Shown piece by piece: positions 12,381 through 25,859 of a stretch of DNA of 64,000 nt. The notes under the pieces are model-generated. The model was not told where the DNA came from, made no database searches, and saw only the letters and a program-made list of their open reading frames with translations. Both the position numbers and the translations under genes were made by a program. Position 1 is the first letter of the stretch; each line of letters begins with the position of its first letter. Location of the stretch: the NCBI RefSeq assembly GCF_009914755.1, contig NC_060942.1. One strand, 5' to 3'. This DNA comes from the human T2T-CHM13v2.0 reference genome, Homo sapiens.

Positions 12381-13189
12381 AAATGTCTACTGAATGTTCC
12401 TTTCTTTATTGATCTATACTGCTACTTTTATCATATATTAAGTTCCCATATACAAGGGATCTTGTCTGCGACTTTTTATGCCATTTCATTGGCCTGTTTG
12501 TCTATTCTTATCTGGTGCCATACTGTTTTTATTACTGTGTCTTTGAAGCTTATCTTAGTGGCTCATAGAGCAAGATCCCACTCTGTGCTCCTCTTTTTTA
12601 AAGTTGACTTAACCCTTCATAGACTATTACATAGTAGAATATTATGTCCTAAACCATTTTAGAATAAGTTTAACAAGTGCCTTACAAATATATCTGGCAT
12701 TTGATTGATGTTTTGAAGCTATGAAACAATGTTGGGAGAGTTGATATTTTCAAAAAGTCCATCCAAGAACATGACTAACTCTCTATTTATTCAGATTCTG
12801 TTGTACAAAGTTGAATTAAATTTTAATATTTTTCCAAATTGCTTTTATTCATTATTTGCTAATTCCTGATGCTTTACAGATATTGTCACAATTCTGAATG
12901 GCATTTTTTTAAGAATATTTTCCAGTTGATTGCTGTTAATGCTATTAATTTTTGAATTATGAATAAATTTTTGAAACATGCTAATTTTTTGAAATTTGAC
13001 CTTGCCAAAAACTCTTATTATTTCAGTTGGGTTTTGTTGAATTTTCTATGATCATAGTGTTTTAAAATATGATAGGTTTATTTCTTCGTTTTCTATCTTC
13101 ACACTGCATTTTCCTTTCTTGATAATGATGGACAGCATTTATACCACCACATTTTGCTGTAGCAGTGCTGATAAGCATTCAACAGAGCT

Positions 13190-14520
13190 TGGCCCAGAAA
13201 TGATCTGATATTGGAACTATCATAAGGATGTTAAATATTTTAATAAATAAATATGTAAGTACAGATGTTAAATATGCTAAAAAACTATAGTACAACAAGT
13301 AGACAATAATGCTTGAACAGATGGTGGATGTCAGCAGAGAGATATAAACTATAACCAGAGTCAAATGAAAATGTTAGAAGTGAAAAACATAGTATCAGAG
13401 ATGAAGAACTCTTTCAATGAGTTTATCAGCAAACTGGACATATCAAAATAAAACATCCGTGAACCTAAAGATAAGTAAATAGAAATTAAGCAAAGTGAAA
13501 CACAAAGAAAGAACAAAGAGAAAAAATACAGCAAGGGATATAAGGCTATGGGACAACATAAAATACCTAAAATTGGAGAAGGTGGAGAGGAGAATAGGCA
13601 GAAGAAATATTTAAAAAGACTGGCTGATAATTATTTTTTAGTTAATGAGAGTCAACTAATTACAGATTGAAGAAGCTCAAGAAAACTGAAGCAGGATTAA
13701 AAAAATATATACTTGTCTACATCATAATGAAACTATAGAAAACCAAAAATGAAAGAGAAAATCTTGAAGAGAGCCAGAAAGTTTCAAAAGGAACAACTTA
13801 CACACAGAGAAAAAATATATAAGAATTATGGACAACTTCTCATCAGAAGTTAACTAAGCCTAAAGAAAATGGAGAGACATCTTTAAAGTACTAAAATAAG
13901 CATCAGTCAACCAAGAATTCTATATCCAGTGAAAATGTCTTAGAAAAATGAAGGCAGAATGAAGAGATTTTAGACAAACAAAAGCTGAGAGAATTTACTG
14001 CCAAAAATATTGAGGACATTTTTTTTTAGAAAGAAAGAGTAAGATAGCAGATGGAGGCTAGGCGCGGTGGCTCACAACTGTAATCCCAGCATTTTCGGAA
14101 GATGAGATGGGTGGATCACTTGAGGTCAGGAGTTCAAGAACAGCCTGGCCAACATGGGGAAACCCCGTCTCTACTAAAAATACAAAAATTAGCCAAGAGT
14201 GCTGGGGCACGCCTGTAGTCCCAGCTACCGGGCAGGAGAATTGCTTGAATCCAGGAGGCGGAGGTTTCAGTGAACCGAGATTATGCCGTTGCACCTCAGT
14301 CTGTGTGACAGTGGAGACTCTGTTTAAAAAAAAAAAAATGACAGCAGATGGCAATTTAGATGTATACAAAGAAAAAAGTGTGCTAGAACAAATAAAAATA
14401 CAGTTAAATAAAGTAGAAACTTTTCTTATCTTTAAAAGAGAACCGAACAACAAAACACACTAACAGTGTGTTGGGGGGCTTATAACATACATAGAAAAGA
14501 AATGACAGTAATAGCATGAA
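13190..14520 (+). mobile_element. Old L1 (L1M) 5'/ORF1-region remnant
   Basis: A-rich sense L1 motifs 'gcagaagaaatattt', 'gattgaagaagctcaa', 'caaccaagaattctatatccag'. Confidence 0.75.
14056..14338 (+). mobile_element. AluS with small internal deletion
   Basis: Dimeric Alu with poly(A); TSD ga(t/c)agcagatgg. Confidence 0.95.
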
Positions 14521-14546
14521 GTAATACAATATTATTTGCATGTATA

Positions 14547-14585
14547 TATGTGTGTGTGTGGGTGTGTGTGTGTGTGTGTGTGTGT
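14547..14585. repeat. (TG)n microsatellite
   Basis: Direct reading. Confidence 0.95.
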
Positions 14586-16356
14586 ATTAGCCAGGATACA
14601 AATGAAAATCACTCATCATATCATGAACCAGGAAAATATCAACTTGAATGAAAAAAGACAATTAAAATATACCGACACTGAGATGACAGAGATGTTGAAA
14701 TTATCTAACAAGGATTTTATAGAAGCCATTATAAAAACACTTTGACAGAAAATTATGAACATGTTTTAAACAAATAAAAAATACAAAGTCTCTACAAAGA
14801 AATAGAAAAAAATACGAAGAAATGAAGAAGAAACACGCACAAATTTTAGTACTGAAATATATGATAACTGAGTTCAGCAGAAGAATGGAGAAGACAGAAG
14901 AAAGAACCAGATGAATCAAAGATAAAACAATTCAAACTACCCAATTCTAACAATAGAGAAAAAAACTTTTGTTTCAAAAAAACAAAATAAACAGAGCCTC
15001 AGAGATTTGTGGTACTATAACAAAAGATCTAATATTGATTTAATGAAAGTCTGGGAAGAAGAGAGGAAAGAGAATGAGGCTGAAAATGTGTTCAAACAAG
15101 TAATGACTAAACATTTTCCAAATTCAGCAAGAGACATAAACCTAAAGATTTAAGAAGCTGAGTGAATCCCAAACAATAAAAACCCAAAGCAATAGTTTCC
15201 AAGACACAATGTAATCAAACTTGTGAAAACTAAATGCAAACAAAAAAATCTTTAAAGCAGCAAGAGGAAAAAAAAAACATAATTTAAATGACAGATTTCT
15301 CATCAGAAACAATGGAAGCCAGAAGGACATGACACAAATTTTTCCAGTGATAAAAGAAAAGAAACTGAAGTCCTATATTCAGCCAAAATAGCCTTTAGAA
15401 ATGAACTTATTAAAAAAAATTAACTCACTCTCAGATATAGTAAAACGAAGAGAATTTGTCACCAGCAGACCTATCCTAAAAGAATGGCTAATAGAAGTTC
15501 TTGAAACTGAAAGGAAATCAAAAGCAGAATCTTGGTAACATTAGGAAGGATAAAAGAACATGGAAAAAGCAAAAAATTACTTGTAAATGGATTTTTTTCT
15601 ATTTTTAAGTTTTGTAAGTTATGTTTGACTTTGAAGTCAAAATTACAATGCAAAAATTTTCTGGTATGGTTCCAAATGTACGCAGAGGAAATACTTAGTA
15701 AATTATATTACAAATGGAGGAGGGCAAAGGGACTTAAAAGGAAGTAAGGTTTTTACAGTTCACTCAAATTGGTAAAATGTCAACACCAATAGTCTTTGAT
15801 GAATTATATATGTACAATATCATACTTGGAGGAATTATTAAAAATACACACACATAGATATAGTCAAAATACTACAAATATATAAAGATGGAATTCTAAA
15901 AAATTAAGTAACCCACAGGTGAGCAAGAACAAGAAAAAAAGAGAAATAAAAAAACAGAAAAAACACAAAGAAAATTAAAAGGCAGACTTACACTTGAGCA
16001 TATGAGTAATTACAATAAATGTAAATGATCTGAATTTACCAATTATAAGACAGAGATTGGCAGAGTGGATTTAAACTATGTCCCAACTATCTACTGTCTG
16101 AACTCTCTTTTATTAATAGCAATATAAGTAGGTTAAAAATGAAAGTTTGAAAAAAGATGTACCATGGAAACATTAATTAAAAGAAAACAGAAATTCTTTT
16201 CAGGAATTCTTTTTATAAATCAGAGAAAGTATGCTTCAGAGTATAGAAAATCACCAGGTACAGAAAAGGACATTATATAATGACAGAAGGTCGATCCACC
16301 AAGAAAACATAGCAATCCTAAACATTTATGCATCAAGCAACAGAGCTGCAACATAC

Positions 16357-17171
16357 TGAAATGAGAAAAGTTCCCTTGTCCCCCTTGCAGGGTGTGTGAT
16401 GGGGGTGTGGCTCACTTCTTCCGTGCCCTGCTGCTCAAACCCCTAAGGGGAGCATGCAGATGGGCAGGCTGTGGGGCTCTGACCCCACAGCAGTGCCTAG
16501 GGGTGAATGTTTACAGTTCCTGAAGCCCCAGTAGGCGTGTGTTACAGGGTGCTCTTTTAGTTTAGCCATCTGTAGGCAGCTTGTGTTAGTCAGCTCAATT
16601 AGACCCTCTGCCTTATCACAAGGACAGATGGCTTTCTGTATCCCAGGGTTTCTTGCCTTGGTGTACCAAAAGAATCAGAGGACACGTGGGACTGGAGAAT
16701 GAATGCAAGGTTTTATTGAGTGGAAGTAGCTCTCAGCAGATGGGGGAGACAGAAGGGAGATGGAGTGGGAAGGTGGTTTTTGGCTGGAGTCAGGCCGGCT
16801 CTCCTCCAACCACCCCGCCAAACTCCATGTTGTTCTGCCAGTCAATGGCCTGCCAGTGTCTGTCTGTGTGCTCTTCTGCCAGCGTGCTCCTTTGGACGTC
16901 TTCTTGATGTCCAGCCACTTGTGTGTTCTTCTGCAAATATGTTCCTCTCAACGCCAGCTGTTTGTGTCCCGTCCTGCTAGGGTCTTAGGGTCTTTATAGG
17001 CACAGGATGAGGGTATGGCAGGCCAGAGTGGTCTTGGGAAATGCAACATTTAGGCAGGAAAACGGAAATGCCTGTCCTCACCTAGGTCCATGGGCACAGG
17101 CTTGGGGGTGGAGCCCTCACCTGGGAGCATGCCCTTCCCTTCTCAGCACTTCTCTGCCCCCTTCTGTATCA
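16357..17171 (-). mobile_element. ERV1 solo LTR (LTR1/LTR27/LTR28/MER52 group)
   Basis: TG...CA termini (tgaaatgagaaaagttcccttg ... cttctgtatca); flanks atac/atat fit a 4-bp TSD; AATAAA on the minus strand; host L1 reads continuously across the insertion. Confidence 0.85.
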
Positions 17172-17377
17172 ATATGTGAAGCAAAAACTGATAGAACCAA
17201 AAAAAGAAATAGGTAAATCTATTATTGTAGTTGGAGGCTTCAACACCTCTCTCTCATCAACTGCTAGAACATCTAGACAGAAAATCAGAAAATATGTAGA
17301 ACAACTCAGTAGTTTATAGAACACTTCACTCAGTAACAGTAGAATATACATTCTTTTCAAATGCTCACAAAGCATTT

Positions 17378-17771
17378 ACTATGCGCTGTGATTGGAATGT
17401 GTTCCCCAAAGTCCATGTGTGATAAACTTAATCTCCAATGCAGTAGTGTTGGGGGTGGGGCCTAATGGGAGTTACTTGGGTTATGAGGGCACCATTATCG
17501 TGATTGGATTAATGCTATTATCATGGGAGTGGGTTTTTTATAAAAGGGTTAGTTTGGCCCCTTTTTGTCTCTCTCTCTCACTGTTTCCTTGCCCTTCTGC
17601 CATGTGATGATTTCTCCCGTGTTAAGATGCAGCAAGAAGGCTCTTACCACATGCCAGCCCCTCAATCTTGAACTTTCCAGCATCCAGAACTGTTAGCCAA
17701 TACATTTCTGTTTATTATATATTACCCAGTCTGCCATATTTTGTTATAGCAACACAAAATGAACCAAGACA
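17378..17771 (+). mobile_element. MaLR LTR (MST/MLT1A-type)
   Basis: 'aatgtgttccccaaagtccatgtg...ctccaatgcagtagtgttggg' through 'gttatagcaacacaaaatgaaccaagaca'. Confidence 0.85.
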
Positions 17772-18722
17772 GCAAGATAGATCATATACTGGGCCATAAA
17801 ATAAATCTTAACAAATACAATAGAACTGAAATAATACAGACTGTCTTCTCTGACCACAATGGAATCAAACTAGAAATAAATGACAGAAAAAATAACAGAC
17901 ATACCTTCAAGCACTTAGAGACTAAATAACACATTTCTAAATAATCTATGGGTTAAAGAGGAAGTATCAAGGAAAAAAATTCAAATAATATGTTGAGCTG
18001 AAAGAAAATGAAAATACAACATAAGAAAATTTGTGGGACACAGCTGGAGCAATGCTGAGGAGGAAATTTATGGCACTAAATGTTTATGTTAGAAGAGAAC
18101 AATTCACCGGTAGTTCTGGGAAAATCTTCAAAAACTGAGAACTAGTTACTATTTCAAGCTCGTGCATTTCTAGTTCTTTCAAGTTCCACACGTTCAAGAA
18201 ATATTATTATATCAAATGAACCTGCTCAAACATTTCTTTGCTTGAATTTAGAAAAATTTTTTCTCTTTGTTTTTATCAAAGCTTAACAAGCGGTAGGTTG
18301 GTTTTACCAGAATGTTTTGGATCCTAAGCAAACAAAGATGGAAAGAATGACTATGATTTGATGTTCATTTGGGGGTTTGTTTGGACTTTTAATGAGTTAT
18401 CAGCTCAGAGTATCATATCCACAGCTGAACCTTGCCATTGATAAGAATCTGAAAGTGATCAATTCAAGAACTCACCACAGTAACAGAATGAGCATGAATC
18501 AAGAGCAAGACATCTTTATTGTAACACCTCTATCCTGTCTGAGGGATGACAGTTTCAAGGATATTCCCAACCTCATAGACCAGAGATTCTCAGTATGGTT
18601 GGATATTTTTTTTTCACTTCCCATCTAAACTTGGAAAAAAAGAATGAGAAATCTCAATCAAGATGCTGGTCATAACAAAGTATTAGTCCAGCTAACAGGG
18701 CAATAAAGAATATCTGACTTTT

Positions 18723-19058
<336 letters not shown>

Positions 19059-20982
19059 TTAGTGTTTATCCACAGCCTCTTATTTTTCAGGAATGCTGTC
19101 TAAAATATAGCAGTCTTTCAGTAAATGGATGTGTCATTACTGCTGTGGTTAGTGTTATTATTAAAGATGACTGGCATGTGGAATTAAAACCCCTGGCCAT
19201 AGAGCGAGGCCAACTGGATGAGGAAAGAGAGGCGGGGAAGGGGAAACTTGCCCAGGATCACACATGAGTTAGGTTCTCAGGATAATGACAAAAATGGGAC
19301 TAGAATGGTCGCTTCGAGGATGAAATGAAAACAAGCTCAGGAAGACACCTTTCAAGAACTTTAACTTCATACAAATGTAATAAATAAAAGTAAGAAGTTG
19401 TTTCAAATAAAAGCCTGATAAATGAAAAACAGATATACAATTGCAGAAATAAGTACAAATATATCCAGTAGTCAAATTAACTATAAAATAATTTAGCTCA
19501 CGTTAAAAAAAATAGAGGTTAAATTTTAAAATTCAGCTATGTGCTGATTATATGAATGAAAATAAATCAATTTTGAAAATATAATATTGAGTTTTAAGAA
19601 ATGAAGTGGTTTTTCCTGGATGACACTATTTTTATATAATCTAAAAACACAGAGAGTGGTCCTACGTATAGTTTATGGATACATAACATACAACGTAAAA
19701 AAATTAACTAGAAGGACACTCACCAAATTCATGACACTGGTTCTGTAAGTAGGTGAGCAAGTTTGCACTTGGGTGTCAAAGATGGATGCAGCTTTGTCTT
19801 CTACATATTCCATTTTAATAAAACTCAGAACAAAAAAATGACTACATGTTAACTTTTTCTGTATTTTATTGTATCTGGGTGTTTGCATATGCTTTTGCTT
19901 TAAAAAATCAAATAAAGGAGAAAGATCTTTGGAATGAAAGCAGACAGCACCGATGCATTCACTGCCAGGGGAAAGCAGGTGCAAGGCTCCATGGGAACGA
20001 TGACCTTAGTAGATTCTCATCTGAAAATGGGCATAACTTTGCACTTTTATTGCTCTGGACATTAATAAAACAGTGTACATGTACAAAAGTGTACTGTGCT
20101 TGAATGGGAATTAAACGTATGCAAGAAAAATGCAGGGACAGTGTTCCTGTCTGGCTTAAACTTTGGTACTATGTGTAACACACACTACAATAGGGGTGGT
20201 GTGTTTCCTACAACAGGAACTAGTGGCTACTATGGAATTCTGAGAAACTCAGCAAGATTGTATTGGCATCTGAAAAAAGAGCATTATCAATAGTTTTGGG
20301 GTTACATGAGGATCGAGTGACATGTTTTCAGTCTGCATTCTATAAGTAACACATGTTTAGGTTACTATATTGACTATGATTGCTAAGCTTTAAGGAATAC
20401 ACTACGATGGCCCAGTCCTGTCCCTGATTTCATTGATTTCCTTTTCTTCTGATAACTTGAGGTTATGGCCTTGAAGAAATTTATAAGGCACAGGAAGAGT
20501 GGTATTTGTTTGCCTGGTACAGAGTACCTAACATTAACAAGGGGAAAAAGTTTTTCATTCAATTGTTTAAATTCAATGATTGGGCAAGCCGCTGGATTTC
20601 CGTGTTCCTAAGAAAATGCAGTTGGAAAGTCATATGTAAATGAGAACTCACTGAAAACTGCTTCTTGCATCTAAGCCAACATTTCCTGGTTGAATGGCTC
20701 TTAAGAATCACATTAAAGCCTATTCATTATTTTAATATTGAAGGCCAACTTCTCACAAACTCATCCACCCAGGGAGTCCTCACCATCAGCTGTGAAAGGC
20801 ACAGGACTTGGAGCTCTGAGAATTGCTGAGAATTGATGTAATGATCTCTGGCAAAGCACAAGTGTGGAGCCCATCTGTCTCCTTAGGGCGAGAAAGGGTA
20901 ATAAAGAATGCTAAGTGAAGGAAAACCCTGGGACAGAGAAGTCACTGAGCAGCAGCTCTCTGCAATGTGGGTCTTGACACGG

Positions 20983-21004
20983 ACACACACACACACACAC
21001 ACAC
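20983..21004. repeat. (CA)n microsatellite
   Basis: Direct reading. Confidence 0.9.
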
Positions 21005-21466
21005 CTGTCCACACACATCAGGTTGTTCAAATGTGGGTGGTTGTTCAAATGGTCTTGTGTGTCTCTGCTGGCACATTTCTTCTTATGATTTCTTTTTATA
21101 AACTTCAACAATAAAATTGACTTCTATGATCTTAGACCCTTAGTAAATGAAACCTGTTCATTTTCACTAGTAGATTTAAATGTCACAAAGCTGGTATTTT
21201 ACATGAAAAAGGTCAAGCTTATAAAATACTTCTACATGAAATCCCCTGAAACAGAGACCATAGGATTTTCCCCCCTTTTGTCAGAGGCACAACAGACAAA
21301 TACGTGGGTTCAAAAATATTAAAGGACTGCCTATCCTCCCCCGCTTCCTGTTCATAGAATGAAATCAGAATACTTTTATCGACTTGGGCTATTCAAGAAT
21401 CATGTAACATAGAAATATTTTTAAAATTATTTAATTCAAAAGCAAGTTATATGTAGGTTTAAAATA

Positions 21467-21803
21467 CAATCATACCCTGTATAATGATGTTTTTGGTCAA
21501 TAACTGACCACATATATGACAGTGGTCCCATAAGATTATATTGCCATATTTTTACTGTACCTGTTCTACGTTTAGATACACAAATACTTACCATTGTGTT
21601 AGAACTGCTTATAGTATCCAATACAGTCACATGCTGCACAGGTTTGTAGCCTAGGAGCAATAGGCCGTATAATATAGCCTGGGTGTGTCGGCTCTACCAT
21701 CTAGGTTTATGTAAGTACATGCTGTGATGTTTGCACAATGACAAAAATCACCTAATAATGCATTTCTCAAAACGTATCCCCATGGTTACGTGAGGCATGA
21801 CTG
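21467..21803 (+). mobile_element. Tigger3a/MER7A (TcMar-Tigger MITE)
   Basis: ta|caatcat...catgactg termini; 'gtggtcccataagattat', 'gcacaggtttgtagcctaggagcaatagg'. Confidence 0.88.
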
Positions 21804-22849
21804 TCTATTAAGAGACACCCATTTCTTTTCTTGGTGACATGCTGTAAATATCTATGAAAATAGGAAATATTGATGAATTTTGGACCTTACTACCTCAAGG
21901 AAGAATGACCAGGAAATGAAAATCTTGAGATTTGAAAACCCGTCATTTTTCTAGGCTTCAGTTTGCCTAATTTCTCTCTCATTTTCTCTTCTTTCCTTTT
22001 TCTACTAATCTTGTGAATCCATTTTGGGAAGAAGTGGGCCCTAGAGTCACCCTCTCTGCCCTCTAACAGGACCCGGCTTGGGGATGACGGCAGATCCTAT
22101 CTCCCTTCTCTCCAGTCTCAATTCTAGCAAGCAGCATCTTTCAGCTTATGTTGGGGAGTGAAGCAGGATCTGTGACCTAGGACCGAAGCTGGCGCCTGGC
22201 GGGACGACTCAGACACCAGACTTTGGACCACAATACCATCAACTATTAGTGTCTGTCTCTCCAGGATCCCTAGCAACTAATGTTATTTTTAGTGACTGAC
22301 TCTTTAATATGTACTGCTTGTGAATATGAATTTAAATGTTATGTCCAGGGCACACAGCAGTGCACACAGCACTAGCAGTTGGGGCAATTGAGGTATTAAT
22401 TTTCTACTCGGTAACTCGCATCGTCATCCACAACCTGCAGAGCAAAGCCCAAACTCTGTACCGCAGCACTCAAGACCCTCTATTAGCTGACTCCATCCTA
22501 ACTGCCTAGTGCCATGTTCCAGTCACAGGACCTGGGGTCCTGTCATACAGACATGTTCCATTTCCAAATAAGCCATGCAGAGCTCTGCATCTGTGCTGAG
22601 CTGCTCCTTCGGCCGAGAAGGTCGTTTCTGTCTTCTGTGGCTGAAGCTCATGCTCCCTCAGGGTCCACAGCTGTGTACTAAGTGCTGGTGCTGGCACAGT
22701 GATGCACGTCCTTCTCACATCAAACTCGGACAGGGCTAGGGTGTGGCCTCAGAACAGCCCACTTCTCCTTAGCAGCACATTATCTGTCATCTACTTATGA
22801 GTTCAAAAGTGGAGATGACAGAAACAAGGAAATAAAAGTGCATCTTCAA

Positions 22850-23580
22850 CATAAGAGGAAGTGCACAGTCTCACTCATAATAAGAAAAATGCTAAGTAAA
22901 AATTCCAGCAAGATACAGTTTCTAATCCAGCAGTTTGGCGGAAAGAAGAGAAGTTGGATGAAACAACTATGGTCAGGCTGTCAGAAAAAGGGCATTTTCG
23001 TGTAGAATTGGAAGGTTTGTAAATGTGTAAAACCACTGAGGATGACTATCTCGAAATACCTAGTAAATTATAAATACACCCTATCCTTTGACCCAGAAAT
23101 TCCACTTCTAAGAATATATCCTACATATAGCAGTACACATGGGAAATAATATATGTTCAAAATGATCTAATGAGACCTCATTGTAACTGCAAAAGAATGT
23201 AAACGACCCATATCCATTTGTAGGGATTGATTGAATATATCATAGTGCAGTCACACAATGCAACTACAAAAAGAACAAGGCTTCCGTATGGACCGATGAG
23301 GAAATCTCTAAGATTTATTGTGATGCTAGCTATGGACGGTGCAGGCAATATTCAAGTGGGGGAAATAGATATCTGTATTTGCTTTTACAAGCACAAAGAA
23401 AATCTCTGAGAGGATATACAAGAAACCAATAATTATGGTGACTTGTTAATTGTGTTCTAATTTGGAGATGAAGGAATCTGAGTAGATGGAGAATGTGGTA
23501 GGAGGAAGATCTTGATCATAATTTTTTACATTTTCTGATTTGTAACCTTGTTAATGTGTTACCTGGTCAAAATGTTTAGA
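22850..23580 (+). mobile_element. Old L1ME-type 3' fragment
   Basis: 'tcactcataataagaaaaatgc', 'cctttgacccagaaattccacttctaagaat'. Confidence 0.65.
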
Positions 23581-23639
23581 CTATTAAAGTGGACTTGTCA
23601 TTTCCTGGGCTAACTCCAAGCATTGGGACTAGCTGCTTA

Positions 23640-23860
23640 AGTTGCTGCGCTGAGAATTCTGAGCCTTCCCCTGGCTCATTGGGAAGTTGTCATGATTAAT
23701 TATCTGCACGGGGGTGCGGGGGGTGAGTCAGAGGAGAGGAGGGGGGAGGAGAAAGGGGAAGGGGAGGGGAAGGAAGGAGACCTCAGCTTTGCCTTTGTGG
23801 TACCGGCTTCTTCTAGGCTGAAACAGCTCTTGGAATAAGTAAGATAAGTTTATTACCATC
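23640..23860. promoter_or_regulatory. Candidate enhancer/promoter with AP-1 site, G-runs and polypurine tract
   Basis: TGAGTCA at 23724-23730, pure purine tract at 23730-23780, TGTGGT at 23796-23801, AGATAAG downstream. Confidence 0.4.
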
Positions 23861-24630
23861 TGTTTTTCCTTTTATTTTGACAAAAATGACTTATTTCTTG
23901 GGACACAATGATATTACTTAATGGTAGTGTTCTGTGATTTGAGAAACAAGTACACCTCAATCCATTCCATTCAAAACGTAATGAAAAGACCCACAGAACT
24001 GAAGGAGGAAGGTTGGAATAATTCTGCCACCACTGTGGGGAGCTTCTGTCATGTTGGAAGTCACTGAAACCATTTTTATATCCTTTTATGAAAAATGGAG
24101 TCAGCTGTATCTATCTTGCTCTTTCCCCCAGGATGCCGTCAGATTCAATGAAGACAATACACGGGCTTTGTTCCTGTAGAAAAGGACATGACAGTCAGCT
24201 GGAATAATGCCGCTGTCCCTGCTGTTCCCTACCAGGCAGCAGCAGCCTAGGTGCTCTCTGCGGTCCCGCAAAATGTGGCAGTCAGAGCCATGTGGGGTGC
24301 CAGAGGCAGGCACTGTTCAAATGGAGGGTGGTAGTCCTATCTTTGTGCTCTTCCTGGTAATGGTCAGCTTTCAGTGGGTCCTCCAGATGACGGCAGAAGC
24401 ATAGGCTGATGACTTGAGTGCACAAATTATATAATAGTTCCTGGGGTTGTTCTTGCAGTGAAACTAGGGCAGGGGGGCTCAGAGCCCACCCATGGTTTTA
24501 TAAGAAGAATCTCTTCCCCCAAGGATGTTACAGTAGAGTTTGCACACAAAGACTCATCTGCCATGTTGCTCTGGGTCCTCCGTGGTGGCCCTTAGATCAC
24601 AGCCTTGGTCTTTTTGGCAGACACCTATTC

Positions 24631-24692
24631 TTTTACTTTTCTTTTAAGTTCAGAGGTACATGTGCAGGTTTGTTATATAGGTAAACTTGTGT
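24631..24692 (-). mobile_element. Very short L1PA/PB 3'-end fragment
   Basis: 'ttttaagttcagaggtacatgtgcaggtttgttatataggtaaactt'. Confidence 0.75.
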
Positions 24693-25859
24693 TTTTAAAT
24701 TTTTATTATCTTTTTTTTAGCAAACATTTATTCTTAAGGCAGGCAGCAGACACTTTACATCCTGTAAAAATAAACTTAACACACATGATCAGGCCCACAA
24801 GTGTGTTTCTGCTTTGTTGGTGCTAGTTCTCCAACCCCAGGGAGATGGCCTCGGAGACTTCTAGGTTAGCAAAGCACATTTGGCAAAGCACGTAGAGGGG
24901 GCATCCTCGTGTCCTGCTCACTAAAGGACATACGCATTAAAGCAAATGTGTCTCCAAATAAGTTCAAGACTTTCTGAATGTCTCTGTTGTGCAAGTACCA
25001 TTGGTAAGATTTAACGCCACCCTGACATAGGAAACTGCACTCTTGCCCATACAAAGGAACCTAGGGACAGCTGGCTGCTAGCCAAAAAAGTAGTTAGCAA
25101 GAATGGACACTTGGTGTTAGAATACGTCTGAGAAACACTATAATTTATTATTATTGTTTCTACTTGTACTTTGATACGTTGGCTTCCTCAGAGTACAATC
25201 CCCTTGAGTTGAAAGAAACAAAACTGGCCAGAAGTGAACTGGTGGGAAAAATTAATCCCTGTCACCGTCTTCAAAGGGACCAGTGTTCCTGGAGAAAAGG
25301 ACTCTCTGGCCCCACCTGGAGCCCTCTGCAGGGCATCCTTCCTGCCTCCAAGCCCAGTTCAACCCTCTGTCACCTCTGCACCATGGGCCTGAGGCACCAC
25401 TGAGGGCAGCCCTCACCATTCCTTGGTGGATCCCGAGGGAAGGTTATTCTGTAGCATAGATTGTGAAAAGGCCTGGCTGAAGCTTTACAGTGATATTTGC
25501 ATCTTGAGAAAGTTTTGCCATCATGAGAGTAGAAAAAAAATTCCTTCACTCTGGCATTCTGTCTCCCTCTGAGGTGGGGTCACTAGATGCACAATTTTGA
25601 TTTTCAGATTAAAAGGCCCTGATGCTTTTGTGGCTGGCTGGGTAATCCTCGGCCACACAGATCCATTGTCCCTCTTGAACTCACTATAAATGGGGAATAA
25701 GCTCCTTCCATGAGCTCCTTAATTTCCTCAGAGGCTGAAACAACTCCCTGGCAACAGTGGTCCAGCTTTGCATCCATGCAGGGGGATTTGCAAGGCTGGT
25801 CCCCACCCCCACCCCAGGCACACAAAAAGGCTTCTATTTTTTTCAGAGATTACATGGTG

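Larger units (their letters stand above)
10950..13180 (-). mobile_element. Old L1 (L1M/L1ME-type) fragments, interrupted by the U13 retrocopy and MER63
   Basis: T-rich antisense L1 motifs ('tacatacccagaagtgg', 'tttattcagattct', 'ttgaattttctatg'). Confidence 0.65.
14590..18100 (+). mobile_element. Old L1 (L1MC/L1MD-type) from ORF1 to the ORF2 endonuclease region, interrupted by two LTRs
   Basis: 'agagaatttgtcaccagcagacct', 'acagagattggcagagtggat', 'ggaggcttcaacacctctctc', 'ttctctgaccacaatggaatcaaactagaaat'. Confidence 0.85.

Noticed and set aside
14058-14463. Alu-derived ORFs here and at 18.8, 34.1, 37.0, 40.4, 50.1, 51.4 and 55.9 kb
   Set aside because: Standard Alu translations (LECSG, SPASAS, GITG motifs), not genes.
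13190-18100. Intact L1 ORF1/ORF2
   Set aside because: Many stops, frameshifts and nested insertions; no long ORF.
24885-24905. CTCF-like motifs here and near 30445
   Set aside because: Several mismatches to the core; cannot be supported without ChIP data.
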